The position numbers and the translations under genes are program-made. This document shows, piece by piece, positions 41,832 to 53,882 of a stretch of 64,000 nucleotides of DNA. Source of the stretch: Octopus vulgaris (lineage: Eukaryota); NCBI GenBank assembly GCA_951406725.2, contig OX597819.1, forward strand, positions 62,806,001 through 62,870,000, given 5' to 3'. The notes beneath the pieces were generated by a model. The model saw nothing but the letters and a program-made list of their open reading frames with translations, did not search any database and was not told where the DNA came from. The stretch's first letter is position 1, and each line of letters begins with the position of its first letter.

Positions 41832-43700
41832 GGAAAATTAAATTCCGCAAATATACCAACCAATTACAGAGAAATATGAGAGAAAAAATTAAGGAGATTA
41901 ACAACTCGAATAAGATCTTCGTTAATTCTGATAAGACAAGGAACTTATATGCACTTGATAAGGACGTTTATAAGCGCCTGATTTCGAATAGTGTCACAGA
42001 TACATACAAAAAAGATAACACGAATATATACAAAGAGGTGAACTTAGAAGCAAGAGGAATAGCTAACGATCTTAAGATTAGCGATAGGATTGAATATCTT
42101 TCACCACGACCAGCTTTTATTACTCTAAAACACCATAAAGCCAATTTTAATAGAAACCCCAAATGTAGATTGATAAATCCGGCTAAAACTGAGATAGGAA
42201 TTATTAGCAAAAATATTTTGGACCGTATTTTAGCTAAGTTAGATAGTGAAGTAGACTTGAGAATTTGGAAGAATAGAGCGGTTTAAAGGTATTAGCTATA
42301 AGAATAATTGTAGTTTCACACAATTCGACATTATTGACTTTTACCCGTCAATATCTAGGACGTTGCTCCTAAGGGCATTGGACTTCGCCAAGCAGTATGT
42401 CAGCATCGATAGCTCGGATGCATGCGAGGAAATCGCTTCTTTTTTCGAGGATTCCACCTGGATTAAGAAGACTGAGGATTCTCTTTTCGATGTACCGATG
42501 GGGGCATACGACGGGGCTGAGTTATGTATGCTCATAGGAGCCTTTATTCTCCATAATCTAAAAATAGAATTCCCATTTATAGATGCAGGTTTATATAGGG
42601 ATGACGGCCTTATAGCCATGCATAATCTAAACGGCCATGAATCAGATAGACTTAGGAAGGACCTTATTGCTTTCTTTCAAAGGATGGGCTTACGGATTAT
42701 AATAGATGCTAACCTGAATAGTGTAGATTTTTTAGACGTAAATGTTAATGTAAGGTCGGATAGATTTAAACCTTTCCGTAAGCCCAATGAAAAGCTGTCG
42801 TATATTAGCAAAGATTCGAACCATCCACCAGTTATTCTTAGGAACTTAGTCAGCAATGTAGGTAGAAGAATATCTTCAATTTCTTCGGACGAGGCAGCAT
42901 TCCATAATGCTGCACCTTATTACGATAGCGCATTAAAGAATAGTGGATTCTCTGAGAAGATCCAATACAGCCAGCTTAATGCTGATAATAATGCTGCACG
43001 AAGTACTAGGACCAGGAAAGTTTTGTGGTTCAACCCGGCTTTCAATTTGGCCGTAAAGACTAATATAGGTAAGGAATTTTTGAGATTAGTCTCTAAGCAT
43101 TTTAAGCAGGGCCATAAATTCTATAGGATATTTAATAGAAGAACCCTGAAGGTTAGCTATTCTTGTTGCAGAAAGTTCGCCTCTTACATTAGCCAGCATA
43201 ATAGGAATCTGATTGAGATTAGACATGGTGCCGAGCCCATCAAGAAATGCAATTTCAAAAACGAAAACTCCTGTCCGTTAGAAGGGAAATGTCTAGTGAA
43301 AGGAGTAGTTTATAGAGCCAAGGTGCAAATAGAAGGCTCATCGGAATACAAGACATATACAGGGGCTTCAGAAAATTCATTTAAAACACGATTTTATTCA
43401 CATAAAAATTCATTTAGATACCCAGAGAATAGGAAGAGGACCAGCCTAGCAAAATATGTCTGGGAACTAAAAGAAAAGGAAACCCCACCTTTCAACGTGA
43501 CATGGAGCATTCTGGACAGAGCGGCACCATACAGGCATGGAGCACACAGAAATAATTTTAAATGCAAGCTTTGCCTATTAGAGAAACTGTATATTTTATT
43601 CAAAGACCATAATTCTTTGAATCAAAGAAGTGAGCTAATGAACTTATGTAGACACGCAACCAAATTTAAAATGTCAAATATAAATATACCATATGGATAG
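41832..43700 (+). mobile_element. Naiad-type Penelope-like retroelement, 5'-truncated, RT + GIY-YIG endonuclease, frameshifted
   Basis: SDKTRNLY, KCRLINPAK, FDIIDFYPSIS, MGAYDGAELC, GLYRDDGL, FLDV, SNHPP, CPLEGKCL, VVY..YTG, KTRFYSH, CKLCLLEK, LNQRSEL..CRH; frameshift near 42280; begins directly after (TA)n. Confidence 0.9.
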
Positions 43701-44852
43701 AGTATATATTTTGTATTTTTGATTTTTGAAATTTTGATTTTGACTCTTGGACTAGTATGTAAACGCGACGATGGATTTTTTTCGCGCTATGCAGATTTCA
43801 TTCCGTATAGCAAAGTCTCATGCATATATTTTGTTTATTTTGTTTAAATTTCTACATATACATTAGGAAAAAACCTTCGGCTTTGTTTATTTCATGTTAT
43901 TGTATTGTATAGGATTACCTTGATTTTTAATTTATTGATGATCCAAAATAGGGTGTTATATTTTATGTCTTTCGTATATTTTTCATTATTGCACTCGCCT
44001 TTTTTTAAAAAGCAATGTTGTCAAAATTAGAATTTTGATGTAAGTATGTGTATAGCCATGGATATGTATTTGTAAGCATGCGTCTCTGTGTATGTGTAAG
44101 TGAGCGTATGTTTGTGCTTAAGCACACACATACACGACTGTATGTGTATGTATCCATTCGAACTTGTGTATTTGTATACTTGTCTCCATATATGTCAATA
44201 ACGCGGTTACACAGCTTGTATACATAATTTTTCTTATTTCGTTTTTTTCCCCACCCCTCCTTTTTCTTTTTTCCTTCCCCCTTCTTCGTTCCTTTTTCTC
44301 TCTCTTCCTTTCTTTTGTTTTTTTCTCTCTAAATGATACTGGTCCATACAACTTTACGTCCCCCTTACTTAAGCTTTACTCCGTAAATAAGAAACGCTAC
44401 ATTAGCATCGATGATTTTAACTTGCGTGCGAGATAGATTGCGTACATATATGTATGCATGCATTTGTGTGTATATTTTAGATTTATATTTATACGTCTGT
44501 ATATGTATGGCATTTGCACGCATCCTTCTGTGTATGTTGATATATATATGTGTACACTTTAATATGAATATGTATTGCAGTGTAATATTTATAATGCGTT
44601 TTATTTCCATGCATTAATTATATTTTCTTCATTAAGGTCAATATGTATTTTATTCAATGTAAGGTTTTTTCCTCGAATTTTATAATTTTTATAATTTTTT
44701 AATATATATATACATATATTTTTGAGCGCATTTTTTGTTTATCGCTCGAAGATTGACCGTTATTTCTAAAGGGCCAATCAAACAAGTCCATTTTTTTAAA
44801 GGTGTAGCGTTTGTAAGAGTCTGGATTGAATTGATATATCAGTTCCATTATA

Positions 44853-44904
44853 GCAAAAACTGTCTGATGAACGGCAACGAGAAACTCAGAGTAACAGATT
44901 TTGT
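44853..44904 (+). ncRNA. Type I minimal hammerhead ribozyme
   Basis: GCAAAAACTGT-CTGATGA-A CG(GCAA)CG A-GAAA-CTC A GAG-TA-ACAGATTTTGT; predicted cleavage after A44893. Confidence 0.7.
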
Positions 44905-44929
44905 TGAATTTTCTGCTGCTTTAAATAAA

Positions 44930-45001
<72 letters not shown>

Positions 45002-45394
45002 TATATGCAAACCCACGCACCACTGTATGTGGATGTATGTACAATTAGAAATGGATATATATATATATATATATATATGTATAATACACGCATACAAACA
45101 TTCAAATCGTACATATGGACATGTAAAAAAGCACACGCACCCCTTATATACATTACACATTATGTACATTACACAACCTACTTGATCTGTAACTGTTGTA
45201 GAAGAAAGCTGATATGACCAATTATTTCGAATCATAACAAAAGAAACACCTTAATTCTGCAAACATTATTTATCCCGTGAACCCTACGTTATATGGGACG
45301 AGTATGATTATATGTGAGCACATATGTGTGTGTATATATATTTATATTTATACATACATACTTACATACATATATATATATATATTTATATGTG

Positions 45395-45432
<38 letters not shown>

Positions 45433-45496
45433 GGAGTAAACACATAAATGTGAAACAAGGTGGAAAAAAGAGTACTCAAATACCAGTGGTAGAGTA

Positions 45497-45717
45497 ATAT
45501 GCTTTATTTTAAGCAGCAGAAAATTCAACAAAATCTGTTACTCTGAGTTTCTCGTTGCCGTTCATCAGACAGTTTTTGCTAGAATGGAACTTATATATTA
45601 ATTTAATCTTAGATTGAATTAATATATAAGTTCCATTCTAGCAAAAACTGTCTGATGAACGGCAACGAGAAACTCAGAGTAACAGATTTTGTTGAATTTT
45701 CTGCTGCTTAAAATAAA

Positions 45718-45723
<6 letters not shown>
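45497..45723. repeat. Near-perfect palindrome (~110-bp arms) carrying two divergent hammerheads
   Basis: Centre at 45610; HHR on the minus strand at about 45529-45579 and on the plus strand at about 45641-45692; same family as 44853-44904. Confidence 0.9.
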
Positions 45724-45757
<34 letters not shown>

Positions 45758-45799
45758 AAAAAATGAAGTTTGAAAATGCCGCTATATTAGATAAATTTT

Positions 45800-45850
45800 A
45801 ATTTAACATGTTTCGGTTCTTGAAATAACGAACCTTATCAAAAACAAATT
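45800..45850 (-). ncRNA. Hammerhead-like motif with U3:A8 core
   Basis: Minus strand: TTT-TTGATAA-GGTTC(10 nt)GAACC-GAAA-CATG-TT-AAA; stem I is weak. Confidence 0.5.
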
Positions 45851-46079
45851 TTTATAATAAAGAGAGTCCATGCTATATGCTTAAAGAGTATGATGGAACA
45901 GTTCATAATTGTGACATACATTCAATAGAGTCAAATATAAAAAATCCATGTTCTTGAAAAGGTGAGGAGTTCATTATAGATTTTACCTCGTGTTCCAATG
46001 GGAGCAACAGTAATGATTTTTGGTCGACGTCTGCTGGCGTAATTTATATATATATATGAATATATATATCTATATATGC

Positions 46080-46142
<63 letters not shown>

Positions 46143-46696
46143 CGTATCTTATATATGCATATAATGTATATATATATACCCATACACACATACAGACATA
46201 TGCACACATGCACACACACTCACACTCACAACTCACATTCACACACACACGTCCGCTTTGTTGAATCATGGTCGTTAACGTTTGTAGCCAACACAGCGGC
46301 AATTATGATAACCTGTTGCCCATGCATAGAATGCTACACAATGTATCGGTAGATATCTGTCTTCAATAGGGAAGAAACAAATAAAGGTGTGTGTTTGTGT
46401 GTATGGGAGAGATAGATAGACAGATAGATATAGAGGGGAAGAGAGAAAGAAAGATAGAGAGAGAGGGGGGAAGGGTATCAGTTTCTATTCTAACAATATA
46501 TGCGTGAAATAATGGGAACTAAATGAAATGATTCGTCGTGCTTAAGGAATGCTATGGAATCTTCTATATAGAAAGCTGTCATCGTTAAACATGGCCGCAC
46601 ATAAATATTGTTCGTGTTGCTTCGGCTGATGTTACTGATTCATACCATATCCTTTTCTTCTTGAATTTCTTGTTCTTGATTTTGATATTGTTGTTT

Positions 46697-46749
46697 TTCT
46701 TCTTCTTCTTCTTCTTCTTCTTCTTCTTCTTCTCGTGCTGCTGCTGCTG

Positions 46750-46788
<39 letters not shown>

Positions 46789-46827
46789 TTTCTTCTTCTT
46801 CTTCTTCTTCTTCTTCTTCTTCTTCTT

Positions 46828-46878
<51 letters not shown>

Positions 46879-46902
46879 TTACTACTACTACTGCTGCTGC
46901 TG

Positions 46903-46976
<74 letters not shown>

Positions 46977-47025
46977 ACTACTACTACTACTGCTGCTGCT
47001 GCTACTACTACTACTGCTGCTGCTG

Positions 47026-47117
<92 letters not shown>

Positions 47118-47120
47118 GCT
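46697..47120. repeat. Compound (CTT/CTG/CTA)n microsatellite
   Basis: Seen directly. Confidence 0.9.
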
Positions 47121-48462
47121 CACTGTCGGTTATGGTGACAACTATTCCAGTTGAGTACTCCACAGACACGCATACTTTTAACGTAGTTCTTAGGGAAATT
47201 CAGCCTAAAACAGAATGGGAAACAAGCTGGCCCTTTAAAATACATTTTACTACTCAGTTTTGACAGCTGAGTGGAGTGGACACAGAACCCCGCCAGGAAT
47301 GAAACTCACGACCTTACGATCTTGAGCCGAACACCCTAACCTCTAAGCCTCGCACCTTCGCCATATCTCACGTTGCTCCAGTCCACTCAGCTGGCATAAA
47401 TGCGTGGCATCTGTATTTCAAAAGGCCAGCCTTGTTACATTCTGTGTATACACCCACCTACACACACACACACACACATACATACACACACACACATACA
47501 CACATACACACACACACATACACACACACACACATACACACATACACATACACACACCTTCACACACACATGTGTATGTATGCCTTTCATCTGTTCGGGG
47601 TCGATTAAATAAATCCTAGTTATGCACTGAGGTCGATGTTATCGACCTAATCCCTCTGTCTGTCCTTGTTTGTTCCCTCTATGTTTAGCCTCATGCGGGC
47701 AATAAAGAAATAAATATATATACGTATGTACATGCATATGTATATAATCGGTGTGACCAATCACCTTCAAGCTGTGACCGATTGCGGAATAGCTCCTCCT
47801 ACATTAGTGCTGCATTAGTACCAGCCTTGTTAAGTCACTGATTTGTCTTCTGATCACATTCATTCAAGAAACCTTTCATTGAAAATTATAGAGATATCCA
47901 TCTCACACTTTTTATGGTTGGGCAACAACAACGAAAAAGAACGTTAGATGAAGTAACATCAAAAATCATAAAAAGAACCTTGTTCTTCAAGAAGAAACTG
48001 AATAATATAGCTATTTCTATAAGAATTACAACATCAATGATAACCTATAATTGCTATAAAAGAACAAAAGGTCTCACTATAGGTCTCGTAAATAGCTGAA
48101 TAATATACAGCTACAAATTCTATTTGGGAGTAAATTAGTTCACAATAAAACAATGACGATAACGAACAACAATTGCTAAATGCAAGACGGGTTGTTAGTG
48201 AGATAAAATTTCTCCCCAAAAATGTGTACAAATAACGTATTTCTCTGAAAACAGGCATCGCTATAACGAGGATGGCATAACTTATTAAAACATACTAGAA
48301 TGGTACTTCTTACTATTTTTCGATGGTATCAGTGACCATAACAGCAGAGACGGTAATATGTGTCCTCAGCGTTGGAAGTGCGAAAAGTGTAAACAGTTGT
48401 AATATATGATTGTGAAATATTTAATGAGAATATTACTGTATTTTTTTTATAAACTCTGCTAT

Positions 48463-48649
48463 AGGCACAGAAGTGGTTGCGTTGTAAGAAGCTTGTTTCT
48501 CAACCTTATGGTACCGGGTTCAGTTCCACTGTGTGGCAACATGAGCAAGTGTTTTCTACAATAAATTCAGGCCGACCAAAGTCTTGTGAGTGGATTTGGT
48601 AGACGGAAACTGAAAAAAGCCTATTGTATATACATACGTATACACCCCC

Positions 48650-48685
<36 letters not shown>

Positions 48686-48884
48686 TCACACACATATATG
48701 TATTTCTGTGTTTGTGTTTGTCCCCCTAATATCGATTGACAACAGATGCTGGTGTGTTTACATTCCTGTAAATTAGCGGTTCGACAAAAGACGGATAGAA
48801 TAAGTACTAGGCAGGGGACAATTAGTTTGACAAAAGTCGGTGCTCCAGCATGACCGCAGTCAAATGACTGAAGCAAGTAAAGAA
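48463..48884 (+). mobile_element. SINE family A
   Basis: Head, internal microsatellite and tail as in the other copies. Confidence 0.8.
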
Positions 48885-49161
48885 TATATATCAAACCACA
48901 TGACTATCATTAATAAACGTATGCCAAGTTTGATGCTAACGATGATTAATGAAATTGAGGCTTAGTATTTTCAACATAGTAATGTCTCTTGTTTTCACAA
49001 TTAACAGCGTTCAGTTGACAAAGCGCAAAAGCAATGCACTGTAGACTCTAATGAGGTAAACAAAATGTAAATGAATGTAAGGCAGAGTAATGAGGTTGAA
49101 AAAGTGAAAACACGGATCGTTGATCGACGGAAGACAAAAACCTATGTGGCGATGCTTATTA

Positions 49162-49388
49162 CAGTAATCATTCGACTATCTCGGGTGTTATGTTCCCAAC
49201 CCACTTCCCCACGATAGATGAAAATTCTCAAAGTAGAAACAATACTATACTGTATATATTTTTTGATTATTTTTATAATTTGTATATATTTATTTTATTA
49301 TAAATGCAAAATAACACCACAGAGGAATCGACGTAAGCTTAAACAATAAACCGCGATAGGTGAACCACGATATGGCGTGGGATAACTG
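49162..49388 (+). mobile_element. pogo/Tigger-like MITE
   Basis: TA|CAGTAATC ... GATAACTG|TA: CAGT termini with a TA target-site duplication. Confidence 0.75.
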
Positions 49389-49912
49389 TATATACTAACA
49401 ATGGCCCGACTCACGGAAAAATATGAGAAATAAAACAAAACTGGAGCACGGGTGGGTAGCAAAAAGTAAACACTTTACTTTTTTATAAATTGGTAAATTT
49501 TAATCGAGTGTGAAAATTTCGTGTTGATAAACCCTGGCATTAGAAAAAAGTCGTTGAAGGAAATGTTAAGCAAAATAAGCGGAACTTATAAAGCAGTTTA
49601 CAGATATAAATGAGTAAGGTGAACGGAGTAAAGGTTCTAAAATCTTCTGAGGATGAAACAGTTTCATTCCAGAAGAGAATGTGGAAAGAATTAAATGAGA
49701 TGTTTCAGAAGGAGCAAAACTAGAATATATTCGCAATTACAAAGGTTCGTGATTTAACTAGAAACGCCAAATATCAACTGGGATAAATCTGAAAGAAGAA
49801 AAAATAACATCGATAGGAAATCTGAAAACTATTATGCAACACCGGTCCTACCTAAAAAGAAAACAAAGTGGATAGAGATCCAAAAGTGATTTAAAAGATA
49901 TCATATCATATC

Positions 49913-50230
49913 GTGGCACTCCGACGGTTATGACGACGAGGGTTCCAGTTGATCTGATCAACAGAAATGTGCAAGTGGCTGAGCTTTCCACAGATATGTG
50001 TAGCCTTAACGTAGTTCTCGGGGCGATTCAGGGTGTAACAAGACTGGAAGAAAATGTGAGAGAAAGCTGTGGTGAAAGAGTACAGCAGGGTTCACCACCA
50101 CGCCCTGTCGATGCCTCGTGGAGCTTCAGGTGTTTTCGCTCAATAAACACTCAGGGCGCCCGGTCTGGGAAGCGAAACCACAATCCTACGACCGCAAGTC
50201 CCCTGCCCTAACCACTGGTCCATTGCGCAT
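49913..50230 (-). mobile_element. SINE family D
   Basis: Homologous to 10284-10615. Confidence 0.75.
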
Positions 50231-52192
50231 CCACATCATGTCATATCGAATATATCAACTGACTCTCTATAATATTGTGGTGAAAAGAGGAGATCCGCAA
50301 TGTTTCAGGTGAATGCTTAATTTATACGCGAAAACCCTAAGTATGCAGCTCTGTTATCCAAAGACAAATTCATACTCTAAGTAGAAACAATGTTCATATA
50401 TAGATCACTCCTGGTGGTCTGAATACTGTTGGGAAGAGGACACTTCAATCAGGTCAGCACACATTAACGGAAACGCATTAGCTGGTAGAAGTTATTCTTG
50501 CTTGGATGATGACTGCGGACAAACACAACGTCTACAGGAAACGAAATGTGACGACAATCAGTTTATATTTATATAAGAGTTGACAGTGAAAAGATAAATC
50601 TCTTGTATCAACTTTGAACACAGTCACGCTATTCTAACTTTTGCAAACAAGCATTAGAACAGTTCAAATATTATTGAGGGATACTTGAATCTGCAACGGC
50701 TTGCAAGTGAGAAAAATATTCTCCCTCCAGACAAAAAATGAAAGTGTTACATCAACGTCATCCCAATGCATTTCGAACACGTTAATTCTCTTTCGTACCA
50801 GCTAGTAAGAGAGGTAACTCTGACGCGACTACGAAGCGAAACTTCGTTTATCGGAAATCAGTCAAAATTATTCACTCATTATTTATTGATAATACACATT
50901 TGTCTTCATTGAGGACATAACTAAGTATATTCAGTTTTATTGTTGTTCCAATAATCTTATGCTTCACGGAATCCTTTTCAAGTATATTCTTTTATAAATC
51001 TTTATATCAGTGAATCAAAGATAGTTAAGGGTTACACTCTTCACATTCAATTTTTTATTATCTGCAGACTGTAAGTTTCCTAGTATTTTTGAACTTTTCT
51101 CTTTGACGTCTTTCCAATCCATGTAAAAATTATCATCACTTAATTGAGTTGTGTGATTTATATATTTCTTCTGTTGTGTATATTGTGTGTATTTTTAGGT
51201 ATGTGTAAATGTGTGTGTGCTTAGCATGCATGTGTGTGTGTGTGCGTTTACCTGTGCGTTCCTATGTGTGCGCCATAACGTTTTGCAACAGATTGTAGGA
51301 AAGAAAGTTGCACACAGAACAAAATGCCACAAACAATTTCTCACCGATAAAGACGAGAAAAATAAAGCAAAAACAAAAACCAAAGAAAAAAGACAAAGAA
51401 AACAAATTGAAAATAACATAGAAAATAAAAGATCTAATAGACATACATAACCGCCATATTTAAAATATAAATAAAACCAACACATAAGCGTAAATCAAAA
51501 CAAAATAACACACGCAAAATAAGTATAACACCTTAGACATTAAAAATAATAAATGGCAAAAGCAGGAAGAACAAATAGAAAACCAACATGAAGGCCGTCT
51601 AGGTAGCAGATAATATATATATAAAAAAAACATAAGAAAAATCCGAGACAAAGAAAATAAACAAAAAAAAATAACATCATTCAAATATACATAACAACAC
51701 TATCAATGTCTTCGTTTCCTAGTGTTATTTTTTTTTCTTAACCAGGCCCAAAGCTAATGGTGAAATAATTATTAATTTACTTACATTACCAGCATAAATG
51801 AGAGTTGCTTTAATGATTTTCTGAATATTCAAAGCAACGTTTGATACGCGTTTGATGTCTCTTTTAATGTGTTTTGAGAGTTTTAAATAAAATAAACAGA
51901 TAATATAAAGAAAATAAAAGGAGAAATAAATAAATAACTATGTATATATATATATGTATATAAGGACAAAAAATACGCTTGATTAGAGGTACTAATTAGT
52001 GCACAGTCAATGGTTGATGGCGATTGATGACCGCTGATAGAGAGAAAAATATATAATTATAAAACTATCGAAAGGTATAAACGTACATACATATACATAA
52101 CATAAATTGATAGTCATGTGTATATATATATATATATATATTTATATACAATGGCATAGGCATACACCTTTTTAGTGTATATTCATATATAA

Positions 52193-52240
<48 letters not shown>

Positions 52241-52791
52241 TCACACATACGCACATATATATACAGATGTATCGATATATATACACATCTATATATTACA
52301 TATGTATGCGTATACAAATATATGCATATATATATATACACATACATACATATATATTTTTATATATATGTATGTATGTGTATAAATGTTTATATATATA
52401 TATACCTGCATATATAAATATACACATCCGCGCATATGTATAAACTTGTGTTTGTATATATATATATATATATCAATGAATGAATGAATATGTATGCAAT
52501 ATTTAGAAATGTTTATGCTTAAGCATAAATTATATACGTGAGGTCTAGAGTTCGTCAATGGCTGACGTATACGCATAGACTGTCCCACGCAGTTTTAATC
52601 ACAATCACATACACGTACAGTAGTCTACTCACTATAAACACCATGTCGCATACAGATACTTACACGATAGATAATAGGCAGTTATGACTATCGTCTTATT
52701 ACAAATATTAAGTGAGTGTGTTTTGTTCATCTCCAACAAACGTTACCCATTTGATGTACACACAAAATACACACATATAAACATATGTAAC

Positions 52792-53412
52792 ACAATGATC
52801 CTGAAACACGGTGTCCCTAGATGCAGTTCCGGCAGTTGGGGGTGTTTGTCTCCCCTTCGTATGTGTATATAAGGACACTGGATAAAATGTGTCGAAGCTG
52901 TCAGGAGGCGTTCGATGCCTCCTAGGGCTATATAACGGTGGTGTACCCCCTACTGTCACGTTCTTGTTAGATTGACAGTATACAACCATTATATCGCTCC
53001 ACCACCGTACACCTCTCTACGAGAGATTTAGAAACTCAATATTTCTTAATTTGATAATCAGTGAATAGACTTCACTGACTATAGATATATACAGATACGA
53101 GGTCCAGACAGATATCGCCAGCTGACCGGTGTCTGCTACTCTAGGCCGATGAAGGACAATGATCCTGAAACACGGTGTCCCTAGATGCAGTTCCGGCAGT
53201 TGGGGGTGTTTGTCTCCCCTTCGTATGTGTATATAAGGACACAGGATAAAATGTGTCGAAGCTGTCAGGTAGCGTTCGATGCCTCCTAGGGCTATATAAC
53301 GGTGGTGTACCCCCTACTGTCACGTTCTTGTTAGATTGACAGTATACAACCATTATATCGCTCCACCACCGTACACCTCTCTACGAGAGATTTAGAAACT
53401 CAATATTTCTTA
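52792..53412 (+). mobile_element. Retrozyme-like tandem repeat: ~1.7 copies of a 364-nt HHR-containing monomer
   Basis: 52792-53048 equals 53156-53412 (about 3 substitutions); HHR at the junction; no credible ORF. Confidence 0.8.
53140..53185 (+). ncRNA. Type I hammerhead ribozyme (U4C core)
   Basis: TCTAGG-CCGATGA-AGGA(CAATGA)TCCT-GAAA-CAC G GTG-TC-CCTAGA; GUC site, cleavage after C53179; stem I extends via CTGC/GCAG, CCGG/CCGG and CCAGCTG/CAGTTGG. Confidence 0.8.
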
Positions 53413-53629
53413 TATATATATATATACATATATCCCAACACCACCACACCATACTCCACCATACCACACAACACCACATCACATCACACCACCAAGCACA
53501 CACAAGCAGTGACCACTTCCAAGCCCCAGACCACTATCCACACACCTACACATGCACACACGCACACGTCAAGGTCACCATCCCTCTTCCACACACATAT
53601 ACATGCAATCTTATACATACGCGCGCGCA

Positions 53630-53882
53630 CATTCGTTTTGGGATCACCACTACTTTTTTATCTCCCCTTCTTCCTAGCTCACCTGTGTGACCCCTCTGTC
53701 AGGCATTCGCCAGCTACAACACATTCTTATTTTCTCTCCTGTTTCTTTCTGTATTCCTTTCTGTGGAAGAGCGTAGGTTCGAAACGTTAAAGAGTTTTCA
53801 CTTCCCGAGAGTTATACTAACACATCTGTTTGTTGTGTATACCACATGTCTTCGTCTTTTATTTTTTTTGTGAATTCTCCCT
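53630..53882 (+). repeat. PLE-tail-like repeat with an HHR-like motif (53757-53792), fused to the 5' end of the Neptune element
   Basis: Homologous to 33323-33600 and 1-79; joins the ORF1 sequence with no (TA)n spacer. Confidence 0.7.

Noticed and set aside
42363-43900. Selenoprotein-type Naiad (in-frame UGA plus SECIS)
   Set aside because: No in-frame TGA in the ORF; the zinc-binding positions are ordinary Cys codons; no convincing SECIS seen
49643-49677. CTGAGGA-T-GAAA as a hammerhead
   Set aside because: There is no stem II; the segment folds better as a simple hairpin
52708-53353. Minus-strand ORFs of 93 and 70 aa in the 364-nt repeat
   Set aside because: They are duplicated only because of the repeat; no recognisable domain, and RNA structure explains the region better
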